Of a stretch of 64,000 nucleotides of DNA, positions 35,353 to 45,648 are shown piece by piece; positions within the stretch are counted from its first letter, which is position 1, and every line of letters starts with the position of its first letter. The notes beneath the pieces are model-generated. The model had not been told where the DNA came from. It did not search any database and was given only the letters and a program-made list of their open reading frames with translations. Where the stretch lies: NCBI GenBank assembly GCA_036570125.1, contig DATCPK010000027.1, positions 22,166 through 86,165 of the forward strand. The letters run 5' to 3'. The position numbers and the translations under genes are program-made. This stretch comes from Candidatus Limnocylindria bacterium (lineage in GTDB: Bacteria; Chloroflexota; Limnocylindria; P2-11E).

Positions 35353-36336
35353 ATGCCGGTCGAATACAAGGATTACTACAAGACCCTTGGCGTTCCGAAG
35401 AACGCCTCGACCGACGACATCAAAAAGGCGTACCGAAAGCTCGCACGCCAGTACCACCCGGACGTGAACAAGAAGCCGGACGCGGAAAAGAAATTCAAAG
35501 AGATCAACGAGGCCAACGAGGTCCTCAGCGATCCTGAGAAGCGGAAGCGATACGACACGGTCGGCCCGGAGTGGGAGCAGTTCGCGCAAGGGCGCGGACG
35601 TCCCTCCGGGTCCGGCGGCTTCCAGTACGTCTACACAGGCCAGCCCGGCCAGAATCCGTTCGGCGACGACGCGAGCGGGTTCTCCGATTTCTTCCAGACC
35701 CTCTTCGGCCAGGCTGGGAACGGTGGATTCGCCGATGCGGACGATCTCTTCGGTAGAGGACGCACGCGGACCCGGACACGAGCCAGACAAGGTCAAGATG
35801 TCGAGGGCGAGGTCGAGGTGACGCTGCCTGAGGCGTACAAGGGGACCGAGCACGTCATTCAGATCACTCGCGACAACGGCGAGCAGCCGCGAAAGCTCAC
35901 GGTGAAGATTCCGCCCGGGGTCAAGGACGCGCAGCGGATCCGGCTCGCGGGGCAGGGAACACCCGGCGCGAACGGCGGTCCACCGGGCGACGCGTATCTG
36001 CGCGTTCGGGTGAAGCCGCATCCATTCTTCACGCGCGACGGCGACGACCTCCGCGTGGATCTGCCTGTCGCGATGCACGAAGCCATGCTCGGCGGGGAAG
36101 TTACCGTGCCCACGCTGAAGGGCCGAGTCTCCTTGAGGATCCCGCCGGAAACGCAAAACGGGCGCACTATTCGCCTCGCCGGCCAGGGAATGCCTCGGGC
36201 GGGGGGCGGCCACGGCGATCTCTACAGCACCGTCAAAGTCGTCATGCCGACGAAGCTCAGCGACAAAGAACGCGAGCTCGCGCGCGAGGTCGCGACGTCA
36301 CGCAGCGGGGAGAACGTCCGGAGCCATTTGCTTTAG
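35353..36336 (+). CDS. J-domain co-chaperone, class II (CbpA-like; no zinc-finger domain)
   Basis: [33 protein letters not shown], a G/F-like region and DnaJ C-terminal domains ([12 protein letters not shown]). The CxxCxGxG repeats are absent. Confidence 0.9.
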   Translation: MPVEYKDYYKTLGVPKNASTDDIKKAYRKLARQYHPDVNKKPDAEKKFKEINEANEVLSDPEKRKRYDTVGPEWEQFAQGRGRPSGSGGFQYVYTGQPGQNPFGDDASGFSDFFQTLFGQAGNGGFADADDLFGRGRTRTRTRARQGQDVEGEVEVTLPEAYKGTEHVIQITRDNGEQPRKLTVKIPPGVKDAQRIRLAGQGTPGANGGPPGDAYLRVRVKPHPFFTRDGDDLRVDLPVAMHEAMLGGEVTVPTLKGRVSLRIPPETQNGRTIRLAGQGMPRAGGGHGDLYSTVKVVMPTKLSDKERELAREVATSRSGENVRSHLL

Positions 36337-36365
36337 TGCGAGCGGTTCCAGATTGAAGGTATGTC

Positions 36366-39023
<2,658 letters not shown>

Positions 39024-39037
39024 ACACCAGAGAGGTG

Positions 39038-40054
39038 ATGCGCTGTCTCGCCGTGATGGTGGCGATCGCACTCTCTGCGTGTAGCGCTGCCACGTTGTCA
39101 CCGAGCCCCTCGCCGTCCGCTGTGGCCGCGACCGCCACTGCGACGGTCGCCCCGACCCCATCACCTTCGCCGACCGCGCGACCGATCAGCGCGGTCCTCG
39201 AACGCATCGATCCGGTCAAGCTCGACGACCACATGGTCGCGCTCGCCTCATTCGGATCGCGCGACGTGCGCAATCCCAACCACGCCAAGGCCGTCGCGTA
39301 TCTGAAAGAGCAGCTCGAGGCCATTCCGGGCGTCGCCGTCCAGTCGCATCGCGCCGCATACAACGGCGTCGCTCTCGAGAACATCCTCGCGATCGTCGAC
39401 CCTCTGACGCCGGCGCCGTCGGAGGGCTGGGTGATGATCTGCGCGCACTACGACTCGATCTCCAACCGCAGCCCGGGTTGGAATCCGGCCACGACCGCCG
39501 CACCCGGCGCCGATGACAACGGCACCGGCACGGCGGCGCTGCTCGAGTACGCGCGCGTTCTCGCTCAGGAGCGGTCCACGCTCAAGCAGCGGATCGTCCT
39601 AGCGTTCTTCGACGGCGAGGAGCTCTTCTTCAAGGGAAGCCTTGCCTATCTCGGGTCGCTCGACACGCCGACGCCCTACGCGGCGGTGATCAACATCGAC
39701 ATGGTCGGATTCAATCCGCTGGCCGACCGCCTCGACCTGATCTACTACACGAACGCGTCGGCTTCCCTTCGCGATCGGATGATCGCGGCGAACGATCGCT
39801 ATGAGATCGGCGTGTCGCCCCTCTTGCCCCAGCTCGCAACGAGTGGCGCGACGATCCTCGACGCGGCGCCGTTTGGGTTATCCGGGATCCCCGCCGTCGC
39901 GATCGTGCAGCGCTACGGGGAGAACGACGCGACCTTCCCCGGCAATTACACGTTTCACACGGTGAACGACACGTCCGACAAGATCACGAACAAGCGCCTG
40001 TGGCTGAAGGCGGCGAAGCTCACGCTCGCGACCGCGCTCGAGCTCGCGCGCTAA
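39038..40054 (+). CDS. M28-family metallopeptidase lipoprotein
   Basis: MRCLAVMVAIALSAC lipobox, Pro/Ser/Thr linker, ICAHYDS...GADDNGTGTAALLEYA...FFDGEE...NIDMVG. The ORF track extension 38000.. was discarded. Alternative start GTG 39035. Confidence 0.85.
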   Translation: MRCLAVMVAIALSACSAATLSPSPSPSAVAATATATVAPTPSPSPTARPISAVLERIDPVKLDDHMVALASFGSRDVRNPNHAKAVAYLKEQLEAIPGVAVQSHRAAYNGVALENILAIVDPLTPAPSEGWVMICAHYDSISNRSPGWNPATTAAPGADDNGTGTAALLEYARVLAQERSTLKQRIVLAFFDGEELFFKGSLAYLGSLDTPTPYAAVINIDMVGFNPLADRLDLIYYTNASASLRDRMIAANDRYEIGVSPLLPQLATSGATILDAAPFGLSGIPAVAIVQRYGENDATFPGNYTFHTVNDTSDKITNKRLWLKAAKLTLATALELAR

Positions 40055-40293
40055 GCCCGTACCGCTTCGCGGCGCGAACGCCACGTTCGCCAGGTCCAGA
40101 ACGCGCCGGTGATCGCGAGGATCGCGCAGCCGATCCAGGACACGAGCACGCCGAATGCGACATCGGCGCGGATCGTGATCGTGGTCTCGTCCTGCGTCGC
40201 GGCCCAGCCCAGAGCCGCCGCGCAATAGGGCATCCCCGCGGCGATCACCAGCAAGCCGACGGAAGCCCAGAGCCGCACCGACGAAAAATGCAT
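40051..40293 (-). CDS. Small two-TM membrane protein (hypothetical)
   Basis: 80 aa with two hydrophobic helices (LWASVGLLVIAAGMPYCAAAL; FGVLVSWIGCAILAITGAFW). No family recognised. Confidence 0.4.
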   Translation of the reverse strand: MHFSSVRLWASVGLLVIAAGMPYCAAALGWAATQDETTITIRADVAFGVLVSWIGCAILAITGAFWTWRTWRSRREAVRA

Positions 40294-40318
40294 GAGGGGC
40301 CGAGCGTAGAAAGCGTCA

Positions 40319-40813
40319 TCACGGCGCGAGGCTCAAAGCGGAATAGATGCGGTGGAGGAATCGACTCGGAACGGTCGCAAGCTGCCGTGTCTCGACGAAG
40401 CCAGCCTCGGCGGCGACATCCTGCCAGGTCTCGAACGACATGGGGTGGGGCACCCACGTGTTTCCGCGATCGCTGTCGTACTCCACGAGGAGCAGTCGCC
40501 CGCCGCGCTTCAGATATCCGCGTACGAGCCCGAGCACACACGCTTTGTCGTCGATGAAATGCAGCGAGTTCGCCATGACCACGCCGTCGAGATCGGAAAG
40601 ATCGAGACGGCGCGTGAAGTCGGCGCTCCGGATGCGAAGCTCGGCCTGCGGCACCGAGCTGACGAAGGCGCTCCGCAGCTCGTTGAGCGCGCCGCGGTCG
40701 CGGTCGATCGCATGGATCACTCCGTGCGGACCGATGAGATCCGCGAGCGCCAGCGTGAACGCGCCGGTACCTGCGCCCAGATCGGCCCACGTTCCGCCTT
40801 CGCCCGCCGTCAC
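40319..40813 (-). CDS. Class I SAM-dependent methyltransferase
   Basis: WADLGAGTGAFTLALADL...AIDRD...VVMANSLHF...GGRLLLVEY. The N-terminus probably extends upstream of GTG 40813: the in-frame TLDRWLARERARLLNHADHVALLAGG has no canonical start. Confidence 0.75.
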   Translation of the reverse strand: MTAGEGGTWADLGAGTGAFTLALADLIGPHGVIHAIDRDRGALNELRSAFVSSVPQAELRIRSADFTRRLDLSDLDGVVMANSLHFIDDKACVLGLVRGYLKRGGRLLLVEYDSDRGNTWVPHPMSFETWQDVAAEAGFVETRQLATVPSRFLHRIYSALSLAP

Positions 40814-40848
40814 GCCACCGGCGAGAAGGGCAACGTGATCAGCGTGAT

Positions 40849-41292
40849 TCAGGAGCCGAGCTCGCTCTCGCGCCAGCCATCGGTCGAGAGTGCAAGCGTC
40901 ACCGGTCCGTCCGCCTCGAGGCTGACGAGCATGGCCGCGCCGAACCGGCCCTGGCGGACTTCGACGCCCGCGCCGCGCAGAGCGCCGCAGAAGGCGTCGA
41001 AGAGCCGTTTTCCGAGCTCCGGCGGGGCGGCGGCGGTGAATTCGGGCCGGCGGCCGTGCCGCGCGTCACCGTAGAGCGTGAATTGGGGCACCGCGAGGAC
41101 CATTCCGCCCACGTCGGCGAGCGCCCGCTGCATCTTGCCCGCCTCTTCGAAGATGCGGAGGGCCGCGACCTTCGCGGCGAGCCGCTCGCCGTCCTCAGGA
41201 CGGTCGTTGGCCCCAACGCCGAGGAGCACGACGAGACCGGATTTGATCTCGGCCACGCGCTCGTCGCCGACGTCGACTCTGGCCGAGCGCAC
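40849..41292 (-). CDS. dtd: D-aminoacyl-tRNA deacylase
   Basis: ...GLVVLLGVGANDRPED...KVAALRIFEE...VLAVPQFTLYGDARHGRRPEF...GRFGAAMLVSLEADGPVTL. The conserved N-terminal strand (T)RAVVQRV lies upstream of GTG 41292, as far as 41313. Confidence 0.88.
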   Translation of the reverse strand: MRSARVDVGDERVAEIKSGLVVLLGVGANDRPEDGERLAAKVAALRIFEEAGKMQRALADVGGMVLAVPQFTLYGDARHGRRPEFTAAAPPELGKRLFDAFCGALRGAGVEVRQGRFGAAMLVSLEADGPVTLALSTDGWRESELGS

Positions 41293-41355
41293 TCGCTGAA
41301 CGACCGCGCGCGTTAGGTGTTCACTCGTCGCGGCAAAGCCGTTCCTCGCTCGTCT

Positions 41356-41562
41356 TCACTCCAACATCCACGGGTTGTCGCCGCGGACGACCGCTTCGAC
41401 CTCCGGCCCCGAGAGGTGGCCCGGAGTGAACACCGTCATGCTCTTACCGAGGGGAAGACGCGTGATGTACGTGACCTTCCCAAAGCGATAGCCGTGCTGA
41501 AACAGGAAGGCCGTCCCGTCGATCTCGATGCGCTGGCGATGGGCGGTCGATGTTCCCGGCAC
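41356..41562 (-). CDS. Hypothetical 68-aa protein
   Basis: Composition is not Arg-biased (IEIDGTAFLFQHGYRFGKVTYITRLPLGKSMTVFTPGHL...). Same strand and same frame as the upstream peptide gene. No family recognised. Confidence 0.35.
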   Translation of the reverse strand: MPGTSTAHRQRIEIDGTAFLFQHGYRFGKVTYITRLPLGKSMTVFTPGHLSGPEVEAVVRGDNPWMLE

Positions 41563-41583
41563 GCCCGAAGTATGGCTTCTTAG

Positions 41584-41766
41584 TTAGCTGAGGCCCGGCC
41601 ACGGGTCGTCGGGGAAGCTGGTAGTCGGGATCGAAAGACCCGGCCACGGGTCATCCGGGAAGCTGCTCGTTGAAATGTTCGCGGCGTTGACGGCGCTTCC
41701 GAGCGTGCCGAGCATGAGAAACGCGAGCAGGATCGCTGTTACGACGCGCAAGCGGAACGGTCTCAT
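41584..41766 (-). CDS. Small exported propeptide with two tandem SFPDDPWPGLS motifs
   Basis: MRPFRLRVVTAILLAFLMLGTLGSAVNA / ANISTS-SFPDDPWPGLS-IPTT-SFPDDPWPGLS. GGGGAG lies 6 nt upstream of the ATG. The two 33-nt repeats differ only at synonymous positions. Confidence 0.65.
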   Translation of the reverse strand: MRPFRLRVVTAILLAFLMLGTLGSAVNAANISTSSFPDDPWPGLSIPTTSFPDDPWPGLS

Positions 41767-41818
41767 CTCGTTCTCCCCACATTGTCCGCGCCGACAGCGG
41801 CCAGTATTCTTCCCGCCA

Positions 41819-41865
41819 GTCTAGAGAAGCCGGACGTTGCAGCGCACTTTCAGTTCGGTCTAGAC
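41819..41865. promoter_or_regulatory. Pair of AT-containing GTCTAGA(C) palindromic boxes in the peptide/regulator divergent intergenic region (candidate operator)
   Basis: GTCTAGA at 41819-41825, and the perfect 8-bp palindrome GTCTAGAC at 41858-41865, 39 nt apart. They stand out against the GC-rich background. Confidence 0.35.
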
Positions 41866-41877
41866 AGGGGAGCGTCG

Positions 41878-43194
41878 GTGGCGAGTCTGCCGGAAATAGT
41901 TCAGAAGCCGGTGACCTTGGGCGAACGGGTTCGCGCCGCTCGCCGCGAGCTTGGTATGAGCCAGGCGCAGCTTGCGGGTGACGAGCTGACCAAGGGCTTC
42001 ATCAGCCAGGTCGAAGCCGGTCTCGTGCGTCCGTCCCTTCGCTCCTTGCAGATAATCGCGACACGCCTCGGGCGAAGCCTCGACTACTTCATCGGCGACG
42101 AATCCCTCGCCGGCGCGAAGCGTCGCGTTTTCCACCGTCTCGCGGCCCAGGCCGCCATCGAGCGACGGGACTGGCCCGCCGTCCGCGGCGAGGCGACCGC
42201 GGCCCTGGGGCTGCAGGCGCAGGGGCCCGAGCGCGCCACCCTGTTGCGCTACCTCGCCGCCGCCGAGATGGCGGAAGGCAAACGGGAACAGGCGTTCGAA
42301 CGTATCGCGGAGGCCATGGCCCTGGTCGACGCGAACAGCGACCCGACCGAGCTCGCCCACCTCCTCTCCGCCCGGGGCGTGCTGTACGTCGAGCACGGCC
42401 AGCTGGCGGCGGGCGCCGAGTCGCTCGAAGCCGCGCGCGACGTGATGGAGCAGCGCGAGATCACCGACCCGCGCCTCCGCGCGAGGACGCTCGTTCATCT
42501 CGGCACTGTGTACCGCCGCCTTCATCGCACCGTGAAGGCGCTCGCGACGTACGAGCTCGCCCTCGCCGTCGCATCGCGTTCGAGCGAGCTCCGACTCGCC
42601 GCGCAGAGCTACATGGGAGTCGCAGTCGCGCTCTACGACGCGGGCGAGCTCGACGGCGCGATCGCCAACTATCAGCGCGCGCTCGGACTCTTCGAGCGTG
42701 TGTCCGACACCGCGGTCGAGCTCTCCGTCATGCAATCCCTCGCGACGGTGCAGTTCGAACACGGCGATATGGCCGCTGCTCGCGAAACGGTCGACCGTTG
42801 CAGCGAGCGCGCCGCGCTTGCCGGCGATCTGCGGGTGGGCGCGATCATCGACGTGCTTCGCGCGCGCATCACCCTCGAGCAGGGCGATGCCGAGGGAGCG
42901 CTGCGTTTGGCCAAAGACGCCGACGAGCGTCTCGAGCAGATCGGCGACCACCGGCAGCAGGCCGACGCGTTGCGCGTCGCCGGCGCCGCCGAGCACCAGC
43001 GTGGCCAGTACGAGCAATCGGATCGCGCGTACCGCAAGGCGATCGAGATCCTCGCTTCGATCGAGCACCACCCCGACCTCTCGACGCTCGCCGCCGAGTA
43101 CGCGCAAAAGCTGCGCGCGCGCGGCGACCTCGAGTCGGCGTTCGCTTACCTCGAGCTCGCGCGCGATCCCGCCGCATCCCGCCCGGGATCCTGA
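41878..43194 (+). CDS. XRE-family HTH transcriptional regulator with a large TPR-like domain
   Basis: LGERVRAARRELGMSQAQLAGDELTKGFISQVEAGLVRPSLRSLQIIATRLGRSLDYF, then about 350 aa of Ala/Leu-rich helical repeats. GTG 41878 is preceded by AGGGGAG. The ORF track start TTG 41782 is also possible. Confidence 0.8.
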   Translation: MASLPEIVQKPVTLGERVRAARRELGMSQAQLAGDELTKGFISQVEAGLVRPSLRSLQIIATRLGRSLDYFIGDESLAGAKRRVFHRLAAQAAIERRDWPAVRGEATAALGLQAQGPERATLLRYLAAAEMAEGKREQAFERIAEAMALVDANSDPTELAHLLSARGVLYVEHGQLAAGAESLEAARDVMEQREITDPRLRARTLVHLGTVYRRLHRTVKALATYELALAVASRSSELRLAAQSYMGVAVALYDAGELDGAIANYQRALGLFERVSDTAVELSVMQSLATVQFEHGDMAAARETVDRCSERAALAGDLRVGAIIDVLRARITLEQGDAEGALRLAKDADERLEQIGDHRQQADALRVAGAAEHQRGQYEQSDRAYRKAIEILASIEHHPDLSTLAAEYAQKLRARGDLESAFAYLELARDPAASRPGS

Positions 43195-43220
43195 TCCGCA
43201 GAGCGCCGTAGCATCGAGGC

Positions 43221-44969
43221 GTGCCCCTCGATGCCCTCGCCACAGGCAACGACGCCATCGCGAAGGTCCTCGACGAGATCGGCGATCTGATCGAACTCAA
43301 GGGCGAGAACGTCTTCCGCGCCGTCACATACCGCGCGGCCGCGCGCTCGATACGCGACCTCCGCGAGCCGCTCGCGAAGCTCGTGCAGGAGCGCCGGCTC
43401 AAGGAGATCCCGAAGGTCGGCTCATCGGTCGGTGAAGCGATCGAGCAGATCGTCGCGACCGGCCGCTCGAAGCGCCACGAGGAGCTGCAGGCCGCGGTCC
43501 CTCCGGGACTTCTCACGCTGCTGCGCGTACCGGGGGTCGGCCCCGCGACCGCGCGAACGATCTACGAGCACCTGAAGATCACCACCATCGAGGAGCTGGA
43601 GGAGGCCGCGACCGAGCATCGGCTCCAGCAGCTCCCGAAGATCCAGGCGAAGACCGAGGAGAACATCCTCCGCTCGATCGCCGCGCTGAAGCAGCGCACC
43701 GGCCGTTCCCTTCTGCACGAGGCCCGCGCGTCCGCGACGACGATGGCGGACTACCTCCGTGCCGAGACCGGCGTGACGCAGATCGCCATCGCCGGGAGCC
43801 TCCGCCGCTACAAGGAGACGATCGGAGACATCGACATCGTCGTCGCGGGCGACGATGCCACGCCGATCTTCGAGGTGTTCGCCCGCGCACCAAGCGTCGA
43901 GCGCGTGCTCGCGCGCGGCGACACGAAGTGCTCGGTCATCGTCGACCGCGGGCTGCAGATCGATCTGCGGGTCGTTCCGGCGCGATCGTTCGGAGCGGCC
44001 CTCCTCTATTTCACCGGATCGAAGGAGCACAACGTCCGGCTCCGCGGCCTGGCTCTCCGCCGAAAGCTGCTGCTGAACGAGTACGGCCTGTACCGCATCG
44101 GCGCCGAGGAGCGCGGTCAGGAGATCGCCTCACTGACTGAGGAGGACGTCTACGCCGCGCTGGAGATGGACTTCATCCCGCCCGAGCTTCGCGAGGACCG
44201 AGGCGAGGTCGACGCCGCGAGAGCGCACACCTTACCGAAGCTGGTCGAGCTCGCACGGGTGCGCGGCGACCTGCACACGCACACCAACTGGACCGACGGG
44301 CGCGATCCGCTCACGGACATGGCGCGCCGGGCACGGGCAAAGGGGTACGCGTACCTCGCCGTGACCGACCACTCGCCTGGTCTCGGCATGACGAACGGGC
44401 TGTCGCCCGAGCGCATCGAGACGCGGCTCGCGGAGGCCGCGCGCCTGAATGCGGAGCTCGCGCCGTTCCGCGTCATCGTCGGCACCGAGGTGGACATCCG
44501 CGCGAACGGCGCGCTCGACTATTCGGACGCGCTCCTCGCCAAGTTCGACATCGTCACCGCCTCGGTGCATTCGTCGTTCGCGCAAACGCGCGAGCAGATG
44601 ACCGCGCGCGTGGTCGGCGCGATGCGGCACCCGCTCGTGACGGCGCTGTCGCACCCGACCGGGCGGCTTCTCGAAAAGCGCGAGCCGCACGCTGTCGATC
44701 TCGACGCCGTCATCGACGCCGCGGTCGAGACCGGCACGTGGATCGAGGTGAATGGTGGGCCGGAGCGGCTCGACCTGCCGGATACGTGGGTCCACAAGGC
44801 GGTCGATCGCGGAGCGACGCTCGTCGCCAACTCGGACGCGCATGCGATCGAGGAGCTCGATTGGATGGACCTCGCGGTCGGGACCGCGCGACGCGGGTGG
44901 GCTTCCGAGAAGGATCTCGCGAACGTCCGCGGGCTCGACGCGATGCTCGCGTCGCGGAAGAAGCGCTGA
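43221..44969 (+). CDS. polX: Family X DNA polymerase with C-terminal PHP domain (PolX)
   Basis: HhH motifs (LLRVPGVGPATARTIY), the catalytic GSLRRYKETIGDIDIVV, and the PHP part GDLHTHTNWTDG...AVTDHS...ASVHS...NSDAH. Confidence 0.92.
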   Translation: MPLDALATGNDAIAKVLDEIGDLIELKGENVFRAVTYRAAARSIRDLREPLAKLVQERRLKEIPKVGSSVGEAIEQIVATGRSKRHEELQAAVPPGLLTLLRVPGVGPATARTIYEHLKITTIEELEEAATEHRLQQLPKIQAKTEENILRSIAALKQRTGRSLLHEARASATTMADYLRAETGVTQIAIAGSLRRYKETIGDIDIVVAGDDATPIFEVFARAPSVERVLARGDTKCSVIVDRGLQIDLRVVPARSFGAALLYFTGSKEHNVRLRGLALRRKLLLNEYGLYRIGAEERGQEIASLTEEDVYAALEMDFIPPELREDRGEVDAARAHTLPKLVELARVRGDLHTHTNWTDGRDPLTDMARRARAKGYAYLAVTDHSPGLGMTNGLSPERIETRLAEAARLNAELAPFRVIVGTEVDIRANGALDYSDALLAKFDIVTASVHSSFAQTREQMTARVVGAMRHPLVTALSHPTGRLLEKREPHAVDLDAVIDAAVETGTWIEVNGGPERLDLPDTWVHKAVDRGATLVANSDAHAIEELDWMDLAVGTARRGWASEKDLANVRGLDAMLASRKKR

Positions 44970-45259
44970 TGGCCCGCGCCCGGTTCGTCGTGCACGGTGG
45001 GGTGCAAGGCGTGAACTTCCGCGCGACCGCAGTCCGCGAGGCGTTGCGCCTTGCGATCACCGGCCGCGTCTGGAATCGCGATGACGGCGCGGTCGAGTTG
45101 ATCGCCGAAGGAAGCGGAGGCGCCCTCTCGTCGCTTCAGACCTGGTTGAACGAAGGACCGCCCGGAGCCGACGTGAGAGAGGTGGAGCGATCCGAGCTTG
45201 GCGGGAAGCCGCGATTCGAAGGCTTCAACATCGCGTGGAGCGCGCCCAAGGGGGACTAG
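44969..45259 (+). CDS. acyP: Acylphosphatase
   Basis: MARARFVVHGGVQGVNFRATAVREALRLAITGRVWNRDDGAVELIAEG. The ATG overlaps the polX TGA by 1 nt. Confidence 0.88.
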   Translation: MARARFVVHGGVQGVNFRATAVREALRLAITGRVWNRDDGAVELIAEGSGGALSSLQTWLNEGPPGADVREVERSELGGKPRFEGFNIAWSAPKGD

Positions 45260-45648
45260 CGGCGCCGTTTCCTCCGCCGACCGGACTTCGGGAAGTACGC
45301 CTGCCGGCGACGCTCGCGCTCCCACGCCGCCTCGCGCGGCGGTAGATACGTCCAGTACATGTAGACGACGAGTGCGATGTTCGCGGCGAGCGACACCGCG
45401 AGCACGAAGAAGGGAACGCTCGCCTTGAGCAGCACCAGGTACCAGATGAGGAAGACCACGTTCGTCCAGAAGGCCCACGGCCGGACGCCGAGCTCCGGAG
45501 GGGGCGTGGTCCGGCTGCGCCAGTTGTACCAAACGATGTTCGCGATCAACGAGACCACCACGGCGATCACCGCCGGCCAAAAAAAACGGGATTCGCTGTT
45601 GAATGGTTGGAAGAATCGATCAATGAAGTGCTGGGGATCGAACGGCAT
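45256..45648 (-). CDS. Hypothetical three-TM membrane protein with a basic C-terminal tail
   Basis: FFWPAVIAVVVSLIANIVWY / WAFWTNVVFLIWYLVLL / FFVLAVSLAANIALVVYMYW, ending SGRRRKRRR. No family recognised. Confidence 0.5.
   Translation of the reverse strand: MPFDPQHFIDRFFQPFNSESRFFWPAVIAVVVSLIANIVWYNWRSRTTPPPELGVRPWAFWTNVVFLIWYLVLLKASVPFFVLAVSLAANIALVVYMYWTYLPPREAAWERERRRQAYFPKSGRRRKRRR

Noticed and set aside
32980-36213. A 1077-aa ORF on the minus strand spanning lon and the J-protein gene.
   Set aside because: Its Arg/Asp/Leu/Val-rich, motif-free composition is typical of antisense frames in GC-rich DNA. The plus strand encodes unmistakable Lon and DnaJ-type proteins.
41317-41583. An 88-aa plus-strand ORF opposite the 68-aa hypothetical gene.
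   Set aside because: It has an Arg-rich shadow composition. The minus-strand frame has more protein-like composition and is co-oriented with the neighbouring genes, though it is itself low-confidence.
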